Source of the DNA: Candidatus Bipolaricaulia bacterium
GTDB taxonomy: Bacteria > Bipolaricaulota > Bipolaricaulia > RBG-16-55-9
Assembly: GCA_042219045.1 (NCBI GenBank)
Contig: JBDGQO010000021.1
Span: forward strand, 1-14,774
Direction of reading: 5' to 3'
DNA length: 14,774 nt
The notes beneath the pieces were generated by a model. It searched no databases. It worked only from the letters and a program-made list of their open reading frames with translations, and was not told where the DNA came from. A program made the position numbers and the translations under genes. Positions 1-8,500 of this stretch are shown here, piece by piece. Numbering within the stretch: position 1 is the stretch's first letter; each line of letters opens with the position of its first letter.

Positions 1-2
1 CC

Positions 3-1136
3 GGCACCGCGACGCTCAGCGTGACCAACACGGGCGAGGACGACCACGCCGTCAACCTCGAACTGCGCATTGAGGCGACCCAAAACGGCGACACCATCAC
101 GTCATCAACCCCCTCTTTGCCGGATACGTGGACTGTTGGCGACCTCGGACCCGGCAACACGGCAACGAAGACGGTCGAGGTCACCGTCGATCGCAGTGCG
201 CGGGACGAGTCGTTCGAGCTCAAGCTGAGCGCGGAAGCCACGAACGAGGACTGCCGCCCGGGTCACACCGAAGGCCGGTCGGATAACGTTGACTTCACCT
301 TCGAGCCCATCGGCGACTCGGACGGAGACGGCGTTCCGGACGACGAGGACAATTGCCCCGACCAGTTCGGCGTTGCGGAGAACAACGGCTGTCCGGCATC
401 CGTCTCCTGCCAAGGTCAAGACTCGATCAACCCCGAGCCCGGCGACAACGTCCGCGAACGGAACGTCGGCTCCGATCCCGTTAAGACGGGTAGCGAGGAC
501 GTCAACGAGACGAACGATGAGAACGAATCGTCGGCCAACAAGCTCTCGAACTACGGCTACACGTATTACTACTGCTACACCTGGGACATGGCGGGCTACA
601 ACTACGCCTACGAATACGTCTACAAGTGGACGCCGGATGCCGGGTCGCCCAACCCGAATCCGACCCCGAACCCGCCATCGACGTTGAACGACGATGTCGA
701 TCCGGATCCCAATCCCGACCCGAACCCGCCGAACTCGGCGCCGACCGCGAGCGATGACTCGGCGACCACACAAAAGAACGAATCGGTCACGATCGACGTC
801 ATGGCCAACGACAGCGATCCGGACAACACGAACGATTACTGGTGGGCCTCGTCCCAGGATAAGACCTTGGACCCGAACCAACTCCAGGTCTCAAGCAGTC
901 CGCAGAATGGGTCAGCCTCGGCCAACAATGGGGAGATCACCTACACGCCTGCTCAGGACTTCACCGGGACGGACTCCTTCACCTATCAGGTCTGCGACCA
1001 GTCGGGCAAGTGTGCCGAGGCCACCGTCGAGGTGACTGTGGAGCAATCTGGCACTAGCGGAGGATGTAAGGACGAGGATGACAACGATGACGGCGACGAT
1101 GACGATTGCGACGACGATGACAGTGACGACGACTGA
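3..1136 (+). CDS. 5'-truncated acidic surface/secreted multi-domain protein (Ig-like domain, TSP3-like Ca-binding repeat, Tyr-rich segment, Pro/Asn linker, Big_9/cadherin-like domain, Asp-rich tail)
   Basis: Frame is open from the window edge (GTATLSVTNTG...), so the GTG at 21 is probably internal. DSDGDGVPDDEDNCPDQFGVAENNGCP resembles a thrombospondin type-3 repeat. APTASDDSATT...TIDVMANDSDPD...ITYTPAQDFTGTDSFTYQVCD...ATVEVTV is a typical Ig-like/cadherin-like repeat. Confidence 0.8.
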   Translation, partial: GTATLSVTNTGEDDHAVNLELRIEATQNGDTITSSTPSLPDTWTVGDLGPGNTATKTVEVTVDRSARDESFELKLSAEATNEDCRPGHTEGRSDNVDFTFEPIGDSDGDGVPDDEDNCPDQFGVAENNGCPASVSCQGQDSINPEPGDNVRERNVGSDPVKTGSEDVNETNDENESSANKLSNYGYTYYYCYTWDMAGYNYAYEYVYKWTPDAGSPNPNPTPNPPSTLNDDVDPDPNPDPNPPNSAPTASDDSATTQKNESVTIDVMANDSDPDNTNDYWWASSQDKTLDPNQLQVSSSPQNGSASANNGEITYTPAQDFTGTDSFTYQVCDQSGKCAEATVEVTVEQSGTSGGCKDEDDNDDGDDDDCDDDDSDDD

Positions 1137-1179
1137 GCCCTAACAGACCGATCAGCCGTCAGGAGGACCCATGCGAACG

Positions 1180-1209
1180 GTGGCCGACGTCCCGACGGGC
1201 GTCGGCCAC
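1180..1209. terminator. Strong hairpin between convergent genes, probable (bidirectional) terminator or RNA-stabilising stem
   Basis: GTGGCCGACGTCC-CGAC-GGGCGTCGGCCAC: 13-bp stem with one G.T pair and a 4-nt loop; no clear U-tract. Confidence 0.55.
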
Positions 1210-1277
1210 TGCCACGTCGCCGTGATCGTTGTGGGGGAATGCGGTTGACGGCAAATCAGCTCGCCAACGGGGTCTTG

Positions 1278-2426
1278 CTATTGGGCGGCCTCGAGCTGCT
1301 CCTGCCGGTGGGTGATCGACTCGCGAGCCCGCTCGCATTGGCCTGACAGCAGGTTAGCCCGCGGCTCGGGCGCGACGCCGGACCCCTTCATCAAGTTGTT
1401 GACGTCTGACTGGATGGCGGACACGGGCGAGTGTTCCGGGTGCTGCAGGCTAAAGTTGTGGCCGAGCTCGTGAGCGAGCGTCGCCAACATCTGTTCGGGC
1501 AACTCGCCATCGACGAGCGCGCCCCAACGGGCCACCGCGAACTTGGGCCAGGTGCCGCCGCTGAAGCCCTCGATCGGTCGCCAGTCTCCTTGCCACTTCG
1601 CCTTGATGGTCGAGCCCATCAGAATGACGTTGTAGCCCCGGAACGCCTCGTCGGTCTGCCCTTGCGCCGCTTCCCAGAGCTGCATCGTCGCCTGGCGCAT
1701 CAGCGTGTCCACCTGGCCCGAATAGCGAATGACGCGGTTGCCGTCTTCACCTTGGGCATAAATCTGCTCGCTCAGCGGCCGGCCGGAGATTTGAATGTCC
1801 TCAGGCTGGACGACCCACGCGCCGTTCATCTCGAAGCCGAGGCCGCACTGGTCCCAGATCCCGCTCAAGGCGGGCTTGATATCGTTGTGCAGTGCCTGGA
1901 GGACCTCTTGGCGCGGCATGCCGAGCATCGAGGCCTCGCCGAAGCTCGCCCCGTTGCTGAGCGTGTTGGCCCCGTCGTCGAGGATGAAGACGTTCAACGG
2001 AACGTCTTTGTCAATGGGAAGCTGCTGCTCGAGCACCGATCGGAAATTGTAGCGCGGCGGCTCACCGCAGGTGAAGCTGAACTTGCGCGGCGGGTTGCGC
2101 AAGCCCGTCTCATCCACAAGCCGAACGGACAGCGTGATCTGCTGGGCGAAGGATGTGCAGGGCAGTTGGAAGCTGAGCTGATCGTCGGATGCGTGGGCGT
2201 CATCCACGGACACGGTCTTGGGCTCGTAGCGCCCGTCGGCCACGTAAAACTCGGCCTTGGCAATCTCTGAGCTGAACCCGCGGAACGTGATTTCGCCTTG
2301 GGCGGATGAGCTGTTCGGGACGGTCGCGGGGAAGTCGATGTTCGTGACCATGGGGGTGGCGGCGCCGCCCTGGAAGGCGACGAGCGCGAGTCCGATGAAG
2401 ATCAAGCCGAGTGCTTTCCGTGTCAT
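1278..2426 (-). CDS. Secreted zinc-dependent metallopeptidase (metzincin-like)
   Basis: N-terminal signal peptide MTRKALGLIFIGLALVAFQGGA; C-terminal TLAHELGHNFSLQH (HExxHxxxxxH) followed by a Met-turn-like NNLM; promoter and riboswitch upstream. Confidence 0.75.
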   Translation of the reverse strand: MTRKALGLIFIGLALVAFQGGAATPMVTNIDFPATVPNSSSAQGEITFRGFSSEIAKAEFYVADGRYEPKTVSVDDAHASDDQLSFQLPCTSFAQQITLSVRLVDETGLRNPPRKFSFTCGEPPRYNFRSVLEQQLPIDKDVPLNVFILDDGANTLSNGASFGEASMLGMPRQEVLQALHNDIKPALSGIWDQCGLGFEMNGAWVVQPEDIQISGRPLSEQIYAQGEDGNRVIRYSGQVDTLMRQATMQLWEAAQGQTDEAFRGYNVILMGSTIKAKWQGDWRPIEGFSGGTWPKFAVARWGALVDGELPEQMLATLAHELGHNFSLQHPEHSPVSAIQSDVNNLMKGSGVAPEPRANLLSGQCERARESITHRQEQLEAAQ

Positions 2427-2430
2427 TTGC

Positions 2431-2511
2431 CCTTCGGCAGCCCGGCGGTCCGTTAGCGTTGGGATCCGTGGCTTTGCGTCCCCGCCTCTCGACGGGTTTG
2501 CCCTGTCGAGG
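2431..2511 (-). promoter_or_regulatory. c-di-GMP-I (GEMM) riboswitch
   Basis: Minus strand reads CCTCGACAGGGCAAACCCGTC-GAGA-GGCGGGGACGCAAAGCCACGGATCC...GGACCGCCGGGCTGCCGAAGG. It matches the GEMM hallmarks GGCAAAC, a GNRA-capped P2, GACGCAAAGC, P3 and the terminal RCCGA, and ends 4 nt before the ATG at 2426. Confidence 0.9.
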
Positions 2512-2533
2512 CCGATGCCACCTCCGTATCGAG

Positions 2534-2562
2534 GTTATAACATTAGTTGCGATCATGATCAA
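2534..2562 (-). promoter_or_regulatory. Sigma70-type promoter for the riboswitch-metallopeptidase transcript
   Basis: Minus strand TTGATC-17 nt-TATAAC with extended -10 TGn, about 20 nt upstream of the aptamer. Confidence 0.6.
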
Positions 2563-2583
2563 GGGGTCACCATTAGTCACAAT

Positions 2584-2676
2584 TACAGACCGCCGCACAA
2601 GTCGAGTCAACCGATGGTCGACATGTTGGCCCCACCGACAGCAACTGACTTGACCGGATTTTCGCAGTGATCAGTA
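2584..2676 (-). mobile_element. 93-bp TA-flanked palindromic repeat (MITE-like), copy 1
   Basis: Reverse complement aligns without gaps to 13351-13443 at 79/93 nt; TA at both ends; imperfect terminal inverted repeats. Confidence 0.7.
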
Positions 2677-2717
2677 GGGTTGGGGAGCTCGCGACTTCAC
2701 GCTAGACTGATCGGGCC

Positions 2718-3842
2718 ATGAGGGAACTCAAGGCGTTGGCGATCCTGGGCACGCGGCCCGAGGCCGTGAAGCTGGCCTCGGTCATTGGCAGTCTGCATGC
2801 CTCCGACGCGTTTGACGCCCGTGTCGGCATCACGGGCCAGCACCGCGAACTCATTCGGCCCTTCCTCGGGGTCTTCGGCATCGAGCCGGACTGGGACCTG
2901 GCGCTCATGGCCCCGGATCAGACGCTGACCGACTTGACATCAGTTGCGCTTAGCAAGCTCCGGGAGACGCTGGATCAGGAACGACCCGATGTGGTCGTCG
3001 TTCAAGGGGACACGACGACGGCGTTCGCGGCGACCTTGGCCGCGTTCTATCAACGGATCCCGATCGCCCACGTCGAGGCCGGGCTCCGTTCCGGCAATCG
3101 AGACAATCCGTTTCCCGAAGAGGCCCACCGTCGACTCGTGGATGCCATATCGGATTACCTGTTTGCGCCCACCGACGACGCGCGCGCCAATCTGATCGCC
3201 GAGGGGCATCCCGCCTCGCGGATATGGGTCACGGGCAACACGGCCATCGACGCCATGCTGGACGCGGTCGACGATCCACGCTTGGACGAGGTCAAGCTGC
3301 CCATCGAGTGGGACGGCGATCGGCGGCTCGTCGTCGTCACCGCGCACCGTCGCGAGAGTTTCGGCGCCGACTTGGCCAACATCTGCCACGCACTTCGTCG
3401 CCTGGCCACGGAGCGAGACGACGTGGAGATCGTCTATCCCGTCCACGTCAATCCCCATGTCCGCGTTCCGGTGTGCGAGCGGATTGGCCATGAGGACCGG
3501 ATCCATCTCATCGATCCCCTGCCCTATCTGGAGTTTGTCAAGCTGCTCCGTTGCGCGCACGTCGTCCTGACCGACTCCGGCGGCATCCAGGAGGAGGCCC
3601 CCGCCCTTGACGTGCCCGTGCTCGTCATGCGCCGCGCGACCGAGCGTCCCGAGGTCGTGGAGAGCGGGGCCGGTCGACTCGTCGGCACCGACATCGACGG
3701 CATCGTGAGCGCGACCTCGCGGGTGCTGGATGACGCCGAGGAACGCGATCGCATGGCCCGCGCGCCGAACCCGTTCGGCGACGGGCACGCTGGGGCGCGG
3801 ATCGTACGGGCTTTGGAGGCGGCGTTCGGAGCGCCGGAGTGA
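2718..3842 (+). CDS. wecB: UDP-N-acetylglucosamine 2-epimerase (non-hydrolysing)
   Basis: Motifs GTRPEAVKLA, TGQHRE, VQGDTTT, HVEAGLRS, PFPEE, TDSGGIQEEAP, ERPE, NPFGDG. Confidence 0.95.
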   Translation: MRELKALAILGTRPEAVKLASVIGSLHASDAFDARVGITGQHRELIRPFLGVFGIEPDWDLALMAPDQTLTDLTSVALSKLRETLDQERPDVVVVQGDTTTAFAATLAAFYQRIPIAHVEAGLRSGNRDNPFPEEAHRRLVDAISDYLFAPTDDARANLIAEGHPASRIWVTGNTAIDAMLDAVDDPRLDEVKLPIEWDGDRRLVVVTAHRRESFGADLANICHALRRLATERDDVEIVYPVHVNPHVRVPVCERIGHEDRIHLIDPLPYLEFVKLLRCAHVVLTDSGGIQEEAPALDVPVLVMRRATERPEVVESGAGRLVGTDIDGIVSATSRVLDDAEERDRMARAPNPFGDGHAGARIVRALEAAFGAPE

Positions 3843-3851
3843 CGGGCCCGT

Positions 3852-3880
3852 TTGAACGCATGTGTCCATCCGCCTAGAAT
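3852..3880 (+). promoter_or_regulatory. Sigma70-type promoter of the ABC operon
   Basis: TTGAAC-17 nt-TAGAAT, about 160 nt upstream of AGGAGG-N4-ATG(4045). Confidence 0.6.
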
Positions 3881-3891
3881 ACATCGGTATG

Positions 3892-4042
3892 CAGGCATTG
3901 GCGACACATACGGTGGCCCTTGCGCCGTGCCAATCGAAATCAACCGGCGATAACGGGCTTCGCCCGCCCTTTCCGACATGCCTGGAGCCGACAACCGCTC
4001 CAGCCTTCCTCGTCAACCGCTAAAAGCATTCGCAAGGAGGAA
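3892..4042 (+). promoter_or_regulatory. Structured 5' leader, candidate cis-regulatory RNA of unrecognised class
   Basis: Pairings seen: CAGGCAT/ATGCCTG (3892-3898/3978-3984); ATTGGC+ACGG/CCGTGCCAAT; CGGGC/GCCCG; CTGGAGC/GCTCCAG; TTCCTC (4006-4011) complementary to GAGGAA (4037-4042) over the SD. Confidence 0.4.
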
Positions 4043-4044
4043 CC

Positions 4045-5577
4045 ATGAGACTGACGCGACGTGCGGCGCTTCGCGCCCTGGGATCAACGCTCGTCATGGG
4101 CCCGCTGGTGGCTCGATCTCTGACGTCGGCGGCTCCGGCTCGGCCCCACCAGGCATCGAGCAACGTGCTCCGAGCCGCCATCCAGCCCATTCAGCAGACC
4201 GACCCCGCGTTCATCTCCGCCGAGAGCGAGATCACGTTCGCCAACAACGTCTACGACTACCTGGTGGACGTCGACGCGGACAACCGCATCCAGCCCCGCC
4301 TGGCACGCGACTGGACGGTCAGCGATGACGGTCGGACCTATCGCTTCCAGTTAGCTGAGGGCGTGCGCTTCCACGATGGAAGCCCGCTCACCCCAGCGGA
4401 CGTGGTCTGGACGTTTGAGCGACTGCGCGACCCCGAGGTCGGCGGAGCCACGGCCGACCTCTACGCCAACATCAAGGCGATCGAGGCCTCGGGCAATCGC
4501 GAGGTGACATTCCGACTGACTGAACGGAACCCGTTCTTTCTCTTCGACCTGAGTGACAATCACGCCGTGGTCGTGCCGGAGGGCGTCACGGACCTGACCG
4601 TGTTTAATGGAACGGGGCCGTTCCGGGTCGAGAGTGAGGGCATCGACGACGGCGTCTCATTGGCGGCCAACGAGAATTACTTCCTGGACGGGCAGCCCAA
4701 GCTGAGCGGACTCGAGCTGCAGTTCTTCAACGATCAGAGCGCTGCCATCGCCGCCGTGCGCGGCGACCAGAGCGACCTCGTCTGGCGCATCTCCAACGCC
4801 CAGCTGCAGAGCCTCCAAGGCCGTGCCGACCTGCAGGCGATCGACATTCCCACGAACCAGTTCGATCTGGTTCGCATGCGCAACGACCAGGAGCCGGGCA
4901 GCATTCCGGAAGTCGTCCAAGCGATGAAGCTCGCCACCGATCGACAGGCGATATTCCGCTCCGTGCTGCTCGGGATCGGCGCTCAAGGCCGCGATAGCCC
5001 GATTGGACCGACCTATCGCGACTACTTCACCACCGCGACTCCCTTGCCGGATCGCGATCCCAAGCGGGCACGCCAGTTGCTGCGCGAGGCAGGCTTCCCC
5101 AACGGGCTGGACATGACGCTCCACCTGCCTAACTCCGGCAATCGACCCGACTTTGCCCAAGTGTTGCAGCAGCAATGGGCCGAGGCCGGCATCGACGTTG
5201 AGCTCCAGCTCGAGCCGGAAAGCATCTACTACGGCGAAGGCAACTGGCTGGAGGTCAACCTCGGCATCACCGGCTGGGGCCATCGGCCGATCCCGCAGTT
5301 CTACGTCGACGTCATGCTCACGTGCGGCGCCAAGTGGAACGAGATGAAGTTCTGTAGCGAGGACCTCGATCAGGCTGCCGAGATCGCCGGAACCACGCAA
5401 AATGAACGGAAGCGGCGCCAGGCGTACGCCGAGATTCAACGGATCTGCATCGAAGAGGTCCCCATGGTCGTTCCCTACTTCTTTCCGGCCACGGCTGTCC
5501 TCCGTGAGGGCTTCCGCGGCTTCAACCTCAAGCCGTTCCCCGGCCGGACCGACTTCCGCACCGTCGAGACCGCCTGA
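4045..5577 (+). CDS. ABC transporter substrate-binding protein, peptide/nickel (SBP family 5), Tat-exported
   Basis: TRRAALR twin-arginine signal; PRLARDWTVSDDGRTYRFQLAEGVRFHDGSPLTPADVVWTF and NGTGPF family-5 motifs; SD AGGAGG. Confidence 0.92.
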   Translation: MRLTRRAALRALGSTLVMGPLVARSLTSAAPARPHQASSNVLRAAIQPIQQTDPAFISAESEITFANNVYDYLVDVDADNRIQPRLARDWTVSDDGRTYRFQLAEGVRFHDGSPLTPADVVWTFERLRDPEVGGATADLYANIKAIEASGNREVTFRLTERNPFFLFDLSDNHAVVVPEGVTDLTVFNGTGPFRVESEGIDDGVSLAANENYFLDGQPKLSGLELQFFNDQSAAIAAVRGDQSDLVWRISNAQLQSLQGRADLQAIDIPTNQFDLVRMRNDQEPGSIPEVVQAMKLATDRQAIFRSVLLGIGAQGRDSPIGPTYRDYFTTATPLPDRDPKRARQLLREAGFPNGLDMTLHLPNSGNRPDFAQVLQQQWAEAGIDVELQLEPESIYYGEGNWLEVNLGITGWGHRPIPQFYVDVMLTCGAKWNEMKFCSEDLDQAAEIAGTTQNERKRRQAYAEIQRICIEEVPMVVPYFFPATAVLREGFRGFNLKPFPGRTDFRTVETA

Positions 5578-8500
5578 TGCGTGACCCGTCCGAGGAGGGC
5601 GCCGAGCCAACCGCGTCGGCGCCCTCCGATAGCTTGGGCCGAACGTTGCGCGGCCTGCTCAGGTGGACGAGCCGCGTGGCCCGACACGCCACCCGGCTGA
5701 TCGTTCGCCTCTACCGCCGACCCATGCCAGCGCTCGGGGCGACCCTCGTGGTCGCATTCTTCGCGCTCGCGCTCGTGGGACCCTGGGTCGCGCCGTTCAG
5801 CGCCACCGAACAGAACTTTCAAGCGACGCTAGAGAGCCCATCGGCCCAACACCCCTTCGGCACCGATCGCTTCGGTCGTGACATCTTCAGTCGCGTGATC
5901 GTCGGCACGCAAAGCATCTTCGAGCTGGCCGGGATCGGCACGCTACTGGGCGTGCTGATCGGAACGGGATTGGGACTGCTGAGCGGCTTCCGCGGCGGCT
6001 GGTTCGACGAGATTTTGATGCGGATCTTCGACAGCATCCTGGCCATTCCGGCGCTGCTGTTGGCGCTGCTGCTGTTGGGCACCATCGGGCCCGCGGCCAC
6101 GGACGATCTCTGGATCTTCCACGCGTTGACGGTCCTGTCGCTCGGGATGATCGAGCCGTCGGAGGTGTCGGTGCTGCTGGTCATCGCCATTGTCTATACC
6201 CCCATCGTCGCCCGAGTGGTGCGCAGCGACGTCTTGGCGATCAAGACGCGCGACTACGTCGAGACGGCCCGCCTGCAGGGCGAGTCGACCGCCTACATCC
6301 TCACTCGCGAGATTTTGCCGAGCATCCTGCCCGCGCTGTCCGTGGAAGCCGCGCTGCGGTTCTCCTACGCCATCTTCCTCGTCGCCTCGCTCGGCTTCCT
6401 CGGCGTCGGCGTGCAGCCGCCCACGCCCAACTGGGGCCTCATGGTCCGCGCCGCCCGCGACTTCACCGACATTGCTCCCTGGTGGCTCATCTTTCCCGCC
6501 GGCGCGATCTCGCTGCTGGTGGTCGGCATGAACCTATTGGCCGATGGCCTGAAGCGCGTGCTCCAATCCTCGGAGGATCTGGCCACCTCAGGGGCCCGCG
6601 CGTCCGTCCCGGTGCACGGTGCGGACGAAGGGTCCAATCCCAACGAGGACCGCGAGTCGACGCCGTCCGAGACGGCCGTGTTGGCCGCGCGCGACGTCAC
6701 CGTGGCCTACGAGAGCCAAGGGCGCGCATTGGACGCCGTCCGCAACGTCTCGCTCGCCATCGAGCCGGGCGAGACGCTCGGGCTCGTCGGCGAAAGCGGC
6801 AGCGGCAAGTCGACGCTGGCGCTGGCGATGATGCGCTATCTGCCCGCCAACGGGTGGGTCCGTCATGGTCAGATCGCGTTCGACGGGCGCGAGCTGCTCG
6901 ATTTGGACGAAAGCGGACTCCGCGACCTATGGGGCAAGGAGATCAGCCTCGTGCCCCAGAACCCCTCGGCCTCGCTCAATCCATCGCTCCAGATCGGAGA
7001 GCAGATCGCCGAGGTGCTGCAGCGCCACACGGACCTCAACGGGCCCGATCGCGAGCGCCGCATTCGGGAACTGCTCGACCAGGTCCGCATTGGGGATCCC
7101 GAGCGGGTTGCGAACAGCTACCCGCACGAGCTCTCCGGCGGCATGCAACAGCGGGCCATGATCGCCATGGCGCTGTCGACCTCGCCCAAGCTGCTGGTGA
7201 TGGACGAGCCGACCACGGGCTTGGACGTCACCACGGAAGCGACCGTGTTGGACCTCGTCGACGACCTGATCGCGCAGCGCGAGACGTCCATGCTCTACAT
7301 CACCCACGATTTGGGCGTGGTGGCGCGCATTGCCGATCGTGTGGCCGTGCTCTATGCCGGCGAGCTCGTGGAGACCGCCCGAACGACCGAGCTCTACGAG
7401 CGCCCCTTGCACCCGTACACGCGAGGCCTGCTCGACAGCGTTCCGCGTCTCGGCGAGCGGAAGGAGATCGTCCGGCTCTCGTCGATGCGCGGCCGCATTC
7501 CCGCGCCCACCGAGCGGCCCGGCGGCTGCGTGTTCGCCCCCCGGTGCCCCGTTGCCGTCGATCGCTGCCATGCGGAACGGCCCACCCTCGATGTGGCCGC
7601 CAGGGGAGATGTTGCCAACGCTCGCCACGTGCGCTGCCACCGCTGGGCCGAGATCGACCGCGGCGAGATCCACGCCGGCCGGCGCAGCAAGGCCGCTAGC
7701 CCGTCGCGCGAGGCAGCCGATTCCGACGGCCATGCGCCCGTGCTCGGCATCGCCCAGCTCCACGTCCATTTTCCCGTCAAACGTTCCCTCACCGAGGTGG
7801 TCCGCGGCCGCCCCAGAGACGTTGTCAAGGCCGTTGACGGGGTGGGGCTCAACGTCCATGAGGGAGAGACGCTGGGGCTCGTCGGCGAAAGCGGCAGCGG
7901 CAAAACGACGCTGGCGCGCTCAATCCTCGGCCTCGTGCCCCCTTCGGAGGGACGTCTCGAGCTACAGGCACATGAGCTCCCGACGACCCTCGACGGGCGC
8001 GACCTCGACGTCCTGCGACACCTGCAGCTCGTGTCGCAGAATCCCGAGGAGGCGCTCAATCCCTACCAGACGATCGGCCAGATCCTGCAGCGGCCCCTGC
8101 GCCGCCTCCAGGGCAAGCCCAAAGCCGAGGCGGCTCGCGACGTGGATCGGCTCCTCGACTGGGTCCGCTTGGGGCCCGAATACGCGTCCCGACTCCCCGC
8201 TCAGCTAAGCGGGGGCGAAAAGCAGCGCGTCGCCATTGCCCGGGCGTTTGCGGCGCGTCCGGACCTCGTCGTCTGCGACGAGCCGACCTCCGCGCTGGAC
8301 GTGAGCGTCCAGGCCCGCATCCTCAACCTCTTGGCGGATCTGCAGTCCGAAGGCGGCGGCGCGTATCTCTTCATCTCGCACGACTTGGCCGTGGTCGGCT
8401 ACCTGGCCGACGCCATCGCCGTGATCTATCTCGGCCAGATCATGGACCTGGGCCGCCGCGAGACGTTCTTCGAGCCGCCGTTCCATCCTTACACGGAGGC

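Noticed and set aside
645..735. Short CCGAAC/CCGGAT tandem repeats
   Set aside because: Coding Pro-Asn/Pro-Asp linker; not a CRISPR or non-coding array.
2584..2676. 93-bp element read as an integron attC site or CRISPR repeat
   Set aside because: No RYYYAAC/GTTRRRY ends, no integrase or cas genes, and the copies are dispersed and inverted rather than arrayed.
3935..3995. FMN-riboswitch-like fragments (GAAAT..ACCGGCG, GCCCGC, GGAGCCGACA)
   Set aside because: The 5' AGGGC.GGGTG and 3' GGATG.GAGA elements and the six-helix layout are absent.
6771..7917. 52-bp near-identical repeat (6771-6822 vs 7866-7917, 49/52)
   Set aside because: Encodes the conserved ETLGLVGESGSGK(S/T)TLA Walker A region of the two fused ATPases; explained by protein constraint and codon bias.
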